NCBI GenBank assembly: GCA_902623735.1
Contig: CACNUU010000001.1
Coordinates: 93,286-157,285 of the forward strand
Source of the DNA: an uncultured Pelagibacteraceae bacterium
Lineage (GTDB): Bacteria; Pseudomonadota; Alphaproteobacteria; Pelagibacterales; Pelagibacteraceae
DNA: 64,000 nt
Direction of reading: 5' to 3'
Positions within the stretch are counted from its first letter, which is position 1. Each line of letters opens with the position of its first letter. A program made the translations under genes and the position numbers. Of the stretch, positions 40,242 to 52,543 are shown in pieces. The notes under the pieces were generated by a model that saw only the letters and a list, made by a program, of their open reading frames with translations, searched no databases and was not told the DNA's origin.

Positions 40242-41350
40242 CCTTTCATCGGCATTACAACAAAAATACTGTCAAAATCACTAGGATCTTTAATTAAGGC
40301 TGGAGAGCCAGTGTCATTAAAAAATAATTCTATTCGATCACCATCTAGTTGAGACGCAACATCAATTAAATATCTGGAATTAAAACTTATTTCTAACTCA
40401 TGGTCAAATTTTACTGATAGTGTTTCTTTACCATCACCGCTATTAGTATTATTCACTGATAAATCTAAAGTATTTTCTTTTAAATTAAACTTCACTCCAT
40501 CTTTTTTATCAAGGGAGACCGAGGCAACTCTGTCAACAGAGTCTAAAAATGACTTAAGATTCAAATCAAGTTTTTTTTGATTATTTTTTGGTATCACCTG
40601 AATGTAATTTGGAAATTTTCCATCAATTAGTTTTGAGATTAAAATACTATTACTTAATTCAAATTTTATTTTTGATTTTAAATTCGATATTTTTACATCA
40701 CCATCGTAATTATCCAATAAAGAGCAAAGTTGATAAATAGTTTTTTTTGGTAAAATAATTGGCTCAAAAATAATTTTTTTATCTAATTTTATTTTAGAGA
40801 TAGACATTCTGTGACTATCCGTTGCAGCAGCTGTGAGATAGTTTTTATCCTCAATCTCATTTGTATGGAGATAAATACCACTTAAATAATGTCTTGTCTC
40901 ATCATTGGAAATTGAAAATTTACACTTATTTAACAATTTTAATAACTGTTTAGATTTAATAGAAAATTCATTTTCATTAAAATTTTCATCCGTAACAGGA
41001 AATTCTGCAGCACTTATACAATTAAGATTAAAAATAGATTTTTCTGACTCTAAATTAAGTTTACTACTGTCGTTTAAATTTAAATTGATCTTCTTTCCTG
41101 ATGAGAATTTTCTTATAATATCATACATAATGGACGATGATGTTGTTGTTTTTCCTTCTTCAAGTATTTCAACATTCTGAATTTGGTGAACAAAAATTAA
41201 ATCTAAGTCTGTAGCTGTAATGGTAAGTTTTGAATTTGAAACATCTAAAAGAATATTTGATAAGATTGGTAAAGTGCTTCTTTTTTCTACTATGCCTTGA
41301 CAATAATTTAATGCTTGCTGAAGGTCTTGTTGATTAACACTAAATTTCAT
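40238..41350 (-). CDS. dnaN: DNA polymerase III beta clamp
   Basis: LPILSNILL, ATDLD, ETRHYLSG, ATDSHR, VVMPMK; true start MKFSVNQ at 41350. Confidence 0.98.
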   Translation of the reverse strand: MKFSVNQQDLQQALNYCQGIVEKRSTLPILSNILLDVSNSKLTITATDLDLIFVHQIQNVEILEEGKTTTSSSIMYDIIRKFSSGKKINLNLNDSSKLNLESEKSIFNLNCISAAEFPVTDENFNENEFSIKSKQLLKLLNKCKFSISNDETRHYLSGIYLHTNEIEDKNYLTAAATDSHRMSISKIKLDKKIIFEPIILPKKTIYQLCSLLDNYDGDVKISNLKSKIKFELSNSILISKLIDGKFPNYIQVIPKNNQKKLDLNLKSFLDSVDRVASVSLDKKDGVKFNLKENTLDLSVNNTNSGDGKETLSVKFDHELEISFNSRYLIDVASQLDGDRIELFFNDTGSPALIKDPSDFDSIFVVMPMKG

Positions 41351-42758
41351 TTTCTTTGTTGTTATATAATATTTGATTTTTAAGCTTATTAATATTATTA
41401 ACCATATCAGGATCATTTTCTTTAAGTTTTTCAATAGTCTTAACAGAATGAATTATTGTAGTATGGTCCCTATTAGAAAATTCTCTTCCAATTTCAGGTA
41501 ATGATTTTGATGTTAAAATTTTTGTTAAGTATATCGCTGTTTGTCTAGGTCTAACTAAATATCTTGATCTCCGAGACGAAAGCATTTCATTTTTACTTAT
41601 TTTAAAAAATTTACAAACAGTTGTTTGTATTGAATCAATTGATACTTTGTTTTCGGTTAAATTAAGAAGATCTTTTAAGATAACTTTTGTCTCTGAAACA
41701 CTCGGTATTTTATTATAAATTCTAGAAAAAGAAATTATTCTATTTATTGCTCCAACTATTTCTCGAATACTTGTGGTAATTTCAGTACTTATAAAATCTT
41801 GTATTTCTTTAGATATTTTAAATTGTTCAGAATATAAATTATTTAATTCTTCTACTTTACTGTTAACAATTTTTTTTCTTAGCTCGTAATCAGGTTTTTG
41901 AATATCGACAACTAAGCCACCTGAAAACCTTGATTTTATTCTCTCTTGAATTCTGGATAACTTATTTGGGGGCCTATCTGCAGAAATAATTATTTGAGAC
42001 CCTTTGTCTAACAATGCATTAAATGTATGAAAAAATTCCTCCTGCATTGCCTCTTTTCCATTCATAAATTGAATATCATCAATTAGCAAAATATCAGTAT
42101 TTCTAAAATATTCCTTAAATTTAACCATTTCATTTGCTTTAATTGATTTGACAAATTGATACATAAAACGCTCAGCGGATATAAACATAACTTTATTTTT
42201 TTTCTTTAATTCAAGTCCAATAGCATTTAATAAGTGCGTTTTACCTAATCCAACACCACCATAAATATAAAAAGGATTATAATGGGAAATATTTTCAGAA
42301 ACTTTTAATGATGCTTCATAAGCAAGTTTATTACTTAAACCAGTTATAAAATTTTGAAACCTTTTGTTTGGATCTATACGATTGTACTGTAAATATGAGT
42401 CTTTTATAAAAGATATATTCTCTCTCTTTTCGTTAGAGCTAAATTTTTCAACATCTTTATTCCCATCCTTTTTTAATTCAGAAATTTTAAATTCAATTCT
42501 TACTAAATCTTTTTTATGAACTTTAACAACTTGAAGAATTTGGTCCAAATATCTTGAGGTGATCCAATCACGAATAAATCTCGTAGGTACAGATAGCAAA
42601 AGATAATTATTAAATTCTTCTACAAAATTTATCTTTTTCAACCAACTTTCATAAATTTCTAAACCCAATTTACTTCTCATCTCAGATTGTATTAATGTCC
42701 AGTTAATTGTTGTAGGTTTATAAGTATTTAAATTTTTATCTGAGAAAGTATTATTCAT
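41340..42758 (-). CDS. dnaA: Chromosomal replication initiator
   Basis: YNPFYIYGGVGLGKTHLL, LLIDDIQF, QEEFFHTFN, RDHTTIIHS. Confidence 0.99.
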   Translation of the reverse strand: MNNTFSDKNLNTYKPTTINWTLIQSEMRSKLGLEIYESWLKKINFVEEFNNYLLLSVPTRFIRDWITSRYLDQILQVVKVHKKDLVRIEFKISELKKDGNKDVEKFSSNEKRENISFIKDSYLQYNRIDPNKRFQNFITGLSNKLAYEASLKVSENISHYNPFYIYGGVGLGKTHLLNAIGLELKKKNKVMFISAERFMYQFVKSIKANEMVKFKEYFRNTDILLIDDIQFMNGKEAMQEEFFHTFNALLDKGSQIIISADRPPNKLSRIQERIKSRFSGGLVVDIQKPDYELRKKIVNSKVEELNNLYSEQFKISKEIQDFISTEITTSIREIVGAINRIISFSRIYNKIPSVSETKVILKDLLNLTENKVSIDSIQTTVCKFFKISKNEMLSSRRSRYLVRPRQTAIYLTKILTSKSLPEIGREFSNRDHTTIIHSVKTIEKLKENDPDMVNNINKLKNQILYNNKENEI

Positions 42759-43027
42759 TTCGGAATAATTTAGTTAGATACTTTCTGCAAAAATTTTGCA
42801 ACAAATAATTTATAAATGCTAAAAAAATTTTAAATCTACGATTGTGTAAAAAATTTTTTTTTAAAAAAAATTTGACAAATTTTTTTTTTATGTATCAAAA
42901 AATAAAATTAAATTTTTGATTGAATAAATATTATTATTAATTTACTAAATCTAAATGTTGATTTTAAAATAACTCACGACATACATGCTGCGTATGCTTT
43001 AAGTTGAATCAACTTAAGGTATAAAAC

Positions 43028-43288
43028 TTATAGTGAGGATATTTTTTTTGTAATTCTAGAAACGTTTCTAGACGCATTTTGTTTTTTAATGATACCAGTC
43101 TTAGCTATTTTCATAAGCTCAGAATTCAACTTAGGTAAGAATTTTTGTGCTTCTGCTTTTTTTTTACCCTCAATTAAAAGTTTCATTTTTTTTAATGCGT
43201 TTTTATATCTACTTTTTCTAGCTTTATTTACAGCTGTTTGTTTTGATATTCGTCTGATTCTTTTGATTGCAGATTTTGTATTTGCCAT
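43028..43288 (-). CDS. rpsT: 30S ribosomal protein S20
   Basis: MANTKSAIKRIR...NASRNVSR. Confidence 0.98.
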   Translation of the reverse strand: MANTKSAIKRIRRISKQTAVNKARKSRYKNALKKMKLLIEGKKKAEAQKFLPKLNSELMKIAKTGIIKKQNASRNVSRITKKISSL

Positions 43289-43297
43289 TTTGATGGG

Positions 43298-43326
43298 GGT
43301 ATAACTGGAGATTCAATAATGGTCAA
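43298..43326 (-). promoter_or_regulatory. Putative sigma70 promoter of rpsT
   Basis: TTGACC-17 nt-TATACC followed by CCCATCAAA and the ATG. Confidence 0.6.
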
Positions 43327-43338
43327 TTAAATAATCAA

Positions 43339-44202
43339 TTATATTTGACAAATATTACAAAAAAAAGTTGATCTATTAGATATTTCTTTTTTTTGAATTA
43401 TTCCCTTGCAATTTAATCTTTTGCATAATTGTCCTTTCCTCTCATAAACCTTAAAATTTTTTTGAAACCTCCCTCTTTTCCCAGAAGTATTCTTAAAATC
43501 TTTTATAGTTGATCCACCATTTTTAATTGCTTTACTAAGAACCTTTCTTGAGTTTAATATTATTTTTTTATAATCATCTTTTTTCAATGAATCTGCTTTT
43601 TTATTTGGATCCAGCTTGCAATGAAATAAAATTTCATTTGCATATATATTTCCTATTCCTGATACAAAATTTTGATCTAGTAGAAAATTTTTAATATTTT
43701 TATTTTTTCCCTTTAAAAAAGAAATGATATATTTATAATTAAATTCTGTCTGAAAAGGTTCAGGCCCTAAATTGGCAAATTTTTTTTTTAATGATAGAGA
43801 GTCGTTAATAATTTGAAAAAATCCAAATCTTCGTGGATCATTATAGATTACTCTTAAGTTTTTAAAAATTATTTCAACATGATTATGCTTAATAGGTAAA
43901 GTTGGTGAATTATAAAAACTTGTATTTGTTAATAAATTTCTTTGATTGTCTGTGATTACATGGACTGTACCTGACATTCCAAGATGTAATAAACAATATT
44001 TATCATTAGAAAAACAAAAAATTAGATATTTTGAAAATCTTTTAACTTCAATAATTTTCCTGCCTTTTAAAAAAGTTTCAAAATTAATAGGAAGTTTAAA
44101 TCTTAAATTTCTATTTCTTACTATTACTTTTATTACCTTTTTTTGATTAATCTTTTTATTTAGCGACTGTCTCACAATTTCTACTTCTGGTAATTCTGGC
44201 AT
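43339..44202 (-). CDS. mutM: Formamidopyrimidine-DNA glycosylase
   Basis: MPELPEVE, HLGMSG, DPRRFG, GIGNIYANE, C-terminal zinc finger. Confidence 0.98.
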   Translation of the reverse strand: MPELPEVEIVRQSLNKKINQKKVIKVIVRNRNLRFKLPINFETFLKGRKIIEVKRFSKYLIFCFSNDKYCLLHLGMSGTVHVITDNQRNLLTNTSFYNSPTLPIKHNHVEIIFKNLRVIYNDPRRFGFFQIINDSLSLKKKFANLGPEPFQTEFNYKYIISFLKGKNKNIKNFLLDQNFVSGIGNIYANEILFHCKLDPNKKADSLKKDDYKKIILNSRKVLSKAIKNGGSTIKDFKNTSGKRGRFQKNFKVYERKGQLCKRLNCKGIIQKKEISNRSTFFCNICQI

Positions 44203-44233
44203 TTGATATTATATTGATTATATATTTTTTTTT

Positions 44234-44938
44234 ATGCAACAATATCTACAAAATAAAAAAGGACTAGTACAAAATGTTTTTGATCAGGTTTATAATCAAT
44301 ATGATCTTATGAATGACTTTATGTCTTTTGGTATACACCGGATATGGAAAAAAAATATGCTTAACATGATGAATCCCTCATCTAAGCAAAAATTAATTGA
44401 TGTGGCGTGTGGCACAGGTGATATCGCAAAACTTTTTTTAGATAATGTAGACAAACAATCAGAGATAACCTGTGTTGATCCAAATAAAGGAATGATCAGT
44501 AAAGGCAAAGAGAAACTTAAAGAATTTTCGAACCTTAATTGGATAATAGCTGCCGCAGAAAAGTTGCCTATCAAAGATAATTCATTCGATTTTTATACAA
44601 TAAGTTTTGGTTTAAGAAATACCAAAGACTTAAACAAGTGTCTTGCTGAAGCTTATCGTGTTTTAAAGCCTGGTGGAAAATTTCTATGTCTTGAATTTTC
44701 TAAAATACAGAATTCAAACCTAGATTTTATTTACAAAAATTACTCAAAATTAATACCATTAATTGGAAAACTTGTTGTGGGTGAAAAGGAACCGTACGAA
44801 TATCTCATTAAAAGTATAGAAAATTTTTTAAATCAAGATGAACTAATTGATTTAATGAAAGGGCAAAATTTTAAAAAATGCTCTTATAGAAACTTGTCTG
44901 GTGGAATAGTTTCTATACATAGTGGATGGAAATTCTAA
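44234..44938 (+). CDS. ubiE: Ubiquinone/menaquinone C-methyltransferase
   Basis: YDLMNDFMSFGIHRIWK, DVACGTGD, FGLRN, LKPGG. Confidence 0.96.
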   Translation: MQQYLQNKKGLVQNVFDQVYNQYDLMNDFMSFGIHRIWKKNMLNMMNPSSKQKLIDVACGTGDIAKLFLDNVDKQSEITCVDPNKGMISKGKEKLKEFSNLNWIIAAAEKLPIKDNSFDFYTISFGLRNTKDLNKCLAEAYRVLKPGGKFLCLEFSKIQNSNLDFIYKNYSKLIPLIGKLVVGEKEPYEYLIKSIENFLNQDELIDLMKGQNFKKCSYRNLSGGIVSIHSGWKF

Positions 44939-46506
44939 TGGTCAAAAAACTCATAATCCTATTTAAACTAGGAAGAAAAGTAGCAAAATCTGATATTTTG
45001 AATATCGTATCAAAGTTCCAGGAGCCACCTTTGGCAATAAAGATTGTATTTAAGATCTTGTCTTTTTCTTTTTTTAAAAAAAAAACAATTGATATAAACG
45101 CAGATGAAGGGGAAAAATTATCAAGATCTCTAGAGTCCATGGGAACAACTTTTATAAAACTTGGACAATTTTTAGCTACAAGACCTGATATAATTGGAGA
45201 TGAACTTTCAAAAAAACTTGAAGCTCTTCAAGATAGACTTCCACCCTTTCCTATAAATCAAGCAAAACAAATTATAAAAAATGATTTGGGTCAAGATACA
45301 TATAACTCAATTTTAAATTTAAGTGAACCAGTGGCGGCAGCATCAATCGCACAAGTACACAAAGCTCAAATAAACGATAATGGAACAATTAAAGATGTGG
45401 CAATTAAGATTTTAAGACCCGATATAAAGAAAATTTTTAATGAAGAAATAGATGCTATGATGTTATTTGCTTTTTTGATTGAGTCAATTATTAAAAAAAC
45501 TAAAAGACTCAAACTTGTTGAAGTAGTTTTTTTGTTAAAAGAGATTACGAATCTTGAAATGGATTTAAGATTTGAAGCAGCAGCAGCAAATGAATACGCA
45601 GAAAATACAAAAAATGACGTTGGCTTTAAGGTACCTGACATTTTTTGGAATTATACTAGCGAAAATGTTATGACATTAGATTGGGTTGAAGGTATTTCAA
45701 TCAGAGAAACTTCAGAACTCAAAGAAAAAAAATTTAATACCAAAAAAATAGCGGAAGACGTAATTCAAAATTTTCTCAGACATGCAGTTAGGGATGGTTT
45801 TTTTCACGCAGATATGCATCAAGGAAACATATTTATTGATGAAAATGGACACATAGTACCGATTGATTTTGGAATTATGGGAAGATTAGATAAACTCAGT
45901 AAAAGATTTTTAGCTGAAATTTTATTTGGTTTTATTCAAAGAGATTATAAGAAAGTAGCTGAGGTTCATCTGACTGCGGGTTTGGTACCAAAAGAAGTTC
46001 CTATTGATGATCTAGCGCAAGCACTAAGATCTATCGGTGAACCAATTTTTGGACAAGCAGTAAAAGATATTTCAGGTGGGAAATTATTAAAACAATTATT
46101 TGATGTTACAGAAAAATTTAATATGCAAACACAGCCTCAACTTTTGATGTTGCAAAAAACAATGGTTGTTGTTGAGGGTGTTGCGAGAAAATTGAATCCA
46201 GATACTAATATCTGGACGACTTCAAAACCAGTTCTTGAAAACTGGTTAAAAGAAACCAAAGATCCAATGACGACTATCAATGAAACTATCCAAAATACCT
46301 CAGAGGTGATCAAAAGATTGCCAGAATTTCCGCAAATTATGGATAAAGCCAATCAAGCACTTACATATTTAGCTAGTGGCCAAATCCCTCATAATTCAAA
46401 TTCATATAATGCACTGAATACAAAAAAGTCTGAAATGATAGCTTTTAGAAATCAATCAATAATAGGTTTTTTAGTTCTTGTAATTTTTGGTCTATTAGTA
46501 TTTTAA
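44938..46506 (+). CDS. ubiB: Ubiquinone biosynthesis protein kinase-like UbiB
   Basis: FIKLGQFLATRPD, AAASIAQVH, FFHADMHQGN, IDFGIMG. Confidence 0.96.
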   Translation: MVKKLIILFKLGRKVAKSDILNIVSKFQEPPLAIKIVFKILSFSFFKKKTIDINADEGEKLSRSLESMGTTFIKLGQFLATRPDIIGDELSKKLEALQDRLPPFPINQAKQIIKNDLGQDTYNSILNLSEPVAAASIAQVHKAQINDNGTIKDVAIKILRPDIKKIFNEEIDAMMLFAFLIESIIKKTKRLKLVEVVFLLKEITNLEMDLRFEAAAANEYAENTKNDVGFKVPDIFWNYTSENVMTLDWVEGISIRETSELKEKKFNTKKIAEDVIQNFLRHAVRDGFFHADMHQGNIFIDENGHIVPIDFGIMGRLDKLSKRFLAEILFGFIQRDYKKVAEVHLTAGLVPKEVPIDDLAQALRSIGEPIFGQAVKDISGGKLLKQLFDVTEKFNMQTQPQLLMLQKTMVVVEGVARKLNPDTNIWTTSKPVLENWLKETKDPMTTINETIQNTSEVIKRLPEFPQIMDKANQALTYLASGQIPHNSNSYNALNTKKSEMIAFRNQSIIGFLVLVIFGLLVF

Positions 46507-46514
46507 TCCTACCG

Positions 46515-47717
46515 ATGAAAAATTCTACCAATAAAAAAATTTTATTTATTATATGTGGTGGTATATCTGCATATAAAAGTCTTGAGGTAATAAGATTATT
46601 CAAAAAAAATAATACTGAAATTAAAACAATTTTAACCAAGAGTGCAAAAGAATTTGTAACCCCTTTATCAATTACTTCTCTATCTCAAGGTAAAGTTTAT
46701 GATGATCTCTTTAGTTTGGAAAATGAAACTGAAATGGATCATATCAGTTTATCCCGATGGGCTGATGCAATTGTTATAGTTCCAGCAACTGCAAACACCA
46801 TTTCAAAGTTAGCTACTGGGAATTCGGAAGATTTAGCCTCAACAGTTGTACTTGCATCAAATAAACAAATTTTTTTAGCGCCTGCAATGAATGTTAGAAT
46901 GTGGGAGCATCAATCAACAAAAAAAAATTTAAAAATTTTAAAAGATTTTGGGTATAAATTAATCGGACCTGAAATAGGTGATATGGCATGTGGTGAATAT
47001 GGAGAGGGTAAAATGTCAGAACCATTAGTAATTTATAATCATATTAAAACTCACCTAGATAAAAAATTAAAATACAATAAAATGAAGGCTTTAGTTACAG
47101 CTGGGCCTACTAATGAATATATTGATCCAGTAAGATTTATAACAAATAAATCAAGTGGAAAACAAGGGTATGAGATAGCAAAGTCTCTTCATAAAAGAGG
47201 TTTTGACACAACTCTTATATCAGGACCTACTAATCTTAAAATTCCTGAAGATATCAATCTTATTAAAGTAGAAACAGCAGAAGAAATGTTAAAAGCAACT
47301 CAACGAAATTTGCCAGCACATATAGCAGTATTTTCTGCAGCAGTATCTGATTTTAAAATTAAGAAAAGAAATGATTATAAAATAAAAAAACAAGATAATC
47401 TTACGATCAATTTTGAAAAGAATATTGATATATTAAATTATGTATCAAATCATAATTTAATGAGACCAAAGCTAGTAATTGGTTTTGCTGCTGAAACAAA
47501 TGATTTAGAAAAAAATGCTTTAAAAAAACTAGTAGATAAAAATTGTGATTGGATTATTGCTAATGATGTATCAAAAAATGATAGAGGATTTAATAGTGAA
47601 TTTAATGAAATTACAATTCACTATAAAAACTTAAAAAAAAAAGAAAAGCTTTCATATAAAAAAAAATCAGAACTATCAGAAGAAATTGTTGATAGAATAA
47701 TTAATCAGATTAATTGA
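46515..47717 (+). CDS. coaBC: Phosphopantothenoylcysteine decarboxylase/ligase
   Basis: GGISAYK, PATANTI, PAMNVRMW, DPVRFITNKSSGKQG, GFAAET. Confidence 0.97.
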   Translation: MKNSTNKKILFIICGGISAYKSLEVIRLFKKNNTEIKTILTKSAKEFVTPLSITSLSQGKVYDDLFSLENETEMDHISLSRWADAIVIVPATANTISKLATGNSEDLASTVVLASNKQIFLAPAMNVRMWEHQSTKKNLKILKDFGYKLIGPEIGDMACGEYGEGKMSEPLVIYNHIKTHLDKKLKYNKMKALVTAGPTNEYIDPVRFITNKSSGKQGYEIAKSLHKRGFDTTLISGPTNLKIPEDINLIKVETAEEMLKATQRNLPAHIAVFSAAVSDFKIKKRNDYKIKKQDNLTINFEKNIDILNYVSNHNLMRPKLVIGFAAETNDLEKNALKKLVDKNCDWIIANDVSKNDRGFNSEFNEITIHYKNLKKKEKLSYKKKSELSEEIVDRIINQIN

Positions 47718-48154
47718 TGCAGAAAGTATTAATCAAAAAGCTCGACCCTTTGGTCAAACTCCCTTCTTATAAAAGTGAAGGTGCATCAGGAATGGATCTA
47801 ATGGCCTTCATAAAAGATCAAATAAATATCAAACCAAAAACATCCTCGCTGATTCCAACTGGTTTATCGATTGCATTTCCTAAAGAGTATGAAATACAAA
47901 TTAGACCTAGATCAGGACTCGCGGCAAAAAATAATATTAGCGTATTAAATACTCCTGGGACTATAGATAGTGATTATAGAGGGGAATTAAAAGTTATTAT
48001 CTATAATCATGGAGATAAAGATTTTATAATTAATAATGGTGATAGAATTGCTCAAATGATTTTAACTCCTGTAATAAAAATGAAATTAGAAGAAACTGAT
48101 AATCTACCAGAAACTTTAAGGGGTGAAAGTGGATTTGGTTCTACGGGTAAATGA
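47714..48154 (+). CDS. dut: dUTP diphosphatase
   Basis: GMDL, RPRSGLA, GTIDSDYRGE, RGESGFGSTG. Confidence 0.98.
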   Translation: MMQKVLIKKLDPLVKLPSYKSEGASGMDLMAFIKDQINIKPKTSSLIPTGLSIAFPKEYEIQIRPRSGLAAKNNISVLNTPGTIDSDYRGELKVIIYNHGDKDFIINNGDRIAQMILTPVIKMKLEETDNLPETLRGESGFGSTGK

Positions 48155-48897
48155 GAGTAAGTTTGAACAAGGATCAAATTGAAAGATATTCAAGACAAAT
48201 AGTTCTTAAAAAAATTGGTACCTCAGGTCAAAAAAGAATTATTCAGTCTAAAATATTAATTGTTGGCATGGGAGGGTTAGGATGTCCCGTCGCAGAATTT
48301 TTGGTTAGAGCTGGAGCAGGTTTATTGGGAATTGTTGACTCTGATAAAATTGATTTATCAAATATCCATCGTCAAAGTCTTTATAATATGGGCGATCTAA
48401 GAAAATCAAAAGTTTCTGCAGCTAAAAGTAAACTTAAAAAAATTAACCCAAGCGTTAAAATAAATTGTTATAAAATACGGCTCAACAAAAATAATTATAA
48501 AAAGATAATAAAAGAATATGATTATATTGTGGATGGTTCAGACAATTTTAAAACAAAGTTTTTAGTAAATGACTTTTGTAAGAAAAATAAGAAAATACTT
48601 GTTACAGGAGCAATTAGTAAATTTGATGGCCATATTTTTACATTTGATTTTAAGAATAAGAAGACGATCTGTATAAGAAATTTTTTTCAAGAAAATGAAA
48701 TATCAGATGAGATATTAAACTGTGAATTTGATGGTGTTTTAGGTACTGTAGCAGGTATGGTAGGAGTTCTTCTTGCTAATGAAATTTTAAAAAAAATTCT
48801 AAATATTGGAAAAAATTTGGATGGTTATATTTTGATAATTGATTTTCTTAATTTAAATTTTAGAAAGGTAAAATTAAACAAGATAAAAAATGATTAA
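48151..48897 (+). CDS. HesA/MoeB/ThiF family adenylyltransferase
   Basis: RYSRQI, VGMGGLG, SNIHRQ, DGSDNFKTK. Confidence 0.92.
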   Translation: MRVSLNKDQIERYSRQIVLKKIGTSGQKRIIQSKILIVGMGGLGCPVAEFLVRAGAGLLGIVDSDKIDLSNIHRQSLYNMGDLRKSKVSAAKSKLKKINPSVKINCYKIRLNKNNYKKIIKEYDYIVDGSDNFKTKFLVNDFCKKNKKILVTGAISKFDGHIFTFDFKNKKTICIRNFFQENEISDEILNCEFDGVLGTVAGMVGVLLANEILKKILNIGKNLDGYILIIDFLNLNFRKVKLNKIKND

Positions 48898-49342
48898 ACA
48901 AAAAAGTTTCACAATTTTTATTTTTTTCTTATCATTATTTTTTTTTTCTGTATCAACTGCAGATGATATTTTTTTATCTCTAAAAAAAAATAAAGTTAAT
49001 GTTAGATATGGTCCAAGTTTTAGTTCTCAAATCAAATACGTATACAAAAAAATAAATCTTCCAATAAAACAAATAGATACAAAAGAAAACTGGAGAAGAA
49101 TAATAGATTTTAAAAATAACAGCGGCTGGATACATTGGTCCCAATTAAAAAAAGTTAACTCTATCATTCTATTAGAGGATCAGATTTTATTTAAAAGACC
49201 ATCAAATTTTTCGACTCCAATAGCTCTTGTAAAAAAGGGGAGACTCTTGGCTCTTAAAAAATGTGATACGAAATGGTGTAAGATTAAAACATCAAACTAT
49301 AACGGATGGATAAAAAAAGATAAAATTTGGGGATTAAACTAA
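48890..49342 (+). CDS. Bacterial SH3 domain-containing exported protein
   Basis: Signal peptide, SLKKNKVNVRYGP, NWRRIID...GWIH, WCKI...GWI..IWG. Confidence 0.88.
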   Translation: MIKQKSFTIFIFFLSLFFFSVSTADDIFLSLKKNKVNVRYGPSFSSQIKYVYKKINLPIKQIDTKENWRRIIDFKNNSGWIHWSQLKKVNSIILLEDQILFKRPSNFSTPIALVKKGRLLALKKCDTKWCKIKTSNYNGWIKKDKIWGLN

Positions 49343-49374
49343 TAAGTTAAAAGATTTAAGCTTTTGATAAAATT

Positions 49375-49605
49375 TTATTTACTCGCCCACCACTTATCTA
49401 AAATAAAATACCAAACCGCATTTGCTAGTGGCTCTACAATAGCATCCGTTAGGGCTACAAAAAAAGAAACATCTGCAATTAACATTAAAACACTGATAGC
49501 TATAATGAAATGGCCAATTGTATAAACTATAGTTCTAAGAATAGATCCTTTATTATTTTTATAAATATTATTTGCAGCTGTAATAATTCCGTTAGTTAGT
49601 TCCAT
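49375..49605 (-). CDS. Small membrane protein, DUF2061-like
   Basis: SILRTIVYTIGHF...EPLANAVWYFILDKWW; two hydrophobic helices. Confidence 0.65.
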   Translation of the reverse strand: MELTNGIITAANNIYKNNKGSILRTIVYTIGHFIIAISVLMLIADVSFFVALTDAIVEPLANAVWYFILDKWWASK

Positions 49606-50201
49606 TAGTTTTTAAAAGGGCTTTCTAAAACACATGCTACAAGATGAATTCTAGCTTGTTCACCTCCATTAAAAAAATTGTGATATTTTGTATTATTTGT
49701 GATCCATACTTTACCATCCGCTGGTAAGTGTTTTGCAACATTTTCAATTACCATTGAGCAACCTTTATTTGTGACTATCGGTACATGAAGCCTACATTCT
49801 GGGTCTTTATGCCAACTTAAAGTTGATCTAGGTTCTTTTAAAAGTAATCTTACTCTACCTAATTTAAATCTCTTACTAAGTTGCTCATACACTTCTTTAA
49901 AATATGTTTTTTCAAATTCAGGAACTAGCTGAGTATATTTTGACTCATCTATATCAACATCTCTTGATACTTCTTTGCCTGTATCGTCTGCAATTGTCCA
50001 ATATTTTCCTCTTATATTATTTCCCTGAATAGAGCTGTTATCATTTGGAATTTGATTTATTGGAATAGCCCCAAAGTGTGTAACACCTGGTGAATTAAAT
50101 TTTTTTTTTGCTAATATTTTATCTAAGTCTTTCCTTAATTTTAAAATATCAAAATTAAGTTCAGGGACTTGATAGAAGTCTTCAAAACTTACTTTAACCA
50201 T
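49605..50201 (-). CDS. Aspartyl/asparaginyl beta-hydroxylase-like 2OG-Fe(II) dioxygenase
   Basis: GRVRLL, WHKD (HxD), RLHVPI, KYHNFFNGG..RIHLV. Confidence 0.8.
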   Translation of the reverse strand: MVKVSFEDFYQVPELNFDILKLRKDLDKILAKKKFNSPGVTHFGAIPINQIPNDNSSIQGNNIRGKYWTIADDTGKEVSRDVDIDESKYTQLVPEFEKTYFKEVYEQLSKRFKLGRVRLLLKEPRSTLSWHKDPECRLHVPIVTNKGCSMVIENVAKHLPADGKVWITNNTKYHNFFNGGEQARIHLVACVLESPFKN

Positions 50202-50225
50202 ATTTATTCTTATTTATTATTTTTT

Positions 50226-52500
<2,275 letters not shown>

Positions 52501-52543
52501 CAAGTGTCAATTGTAAAAAATAATATTAAATTTTTGAAATTTA

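Noticed and set aside
41351-41434. N-terminal extension of DnaN in the ORF track (likewise extensions of dsbB from 33718, the HIG1 gene from 35996 and carD from 30006)
   Set aside because: These extensions overlap upstream genes and lack family similarity; downstream ATGs give normal proteins.
42759-43027. dnaA upstream region as oriC
   Set aside because: Only one DnaA-box match and no cluster; many alphaproteobacterial origins are unlinked to dnaA. It cannot be supported without genome-wide skew.
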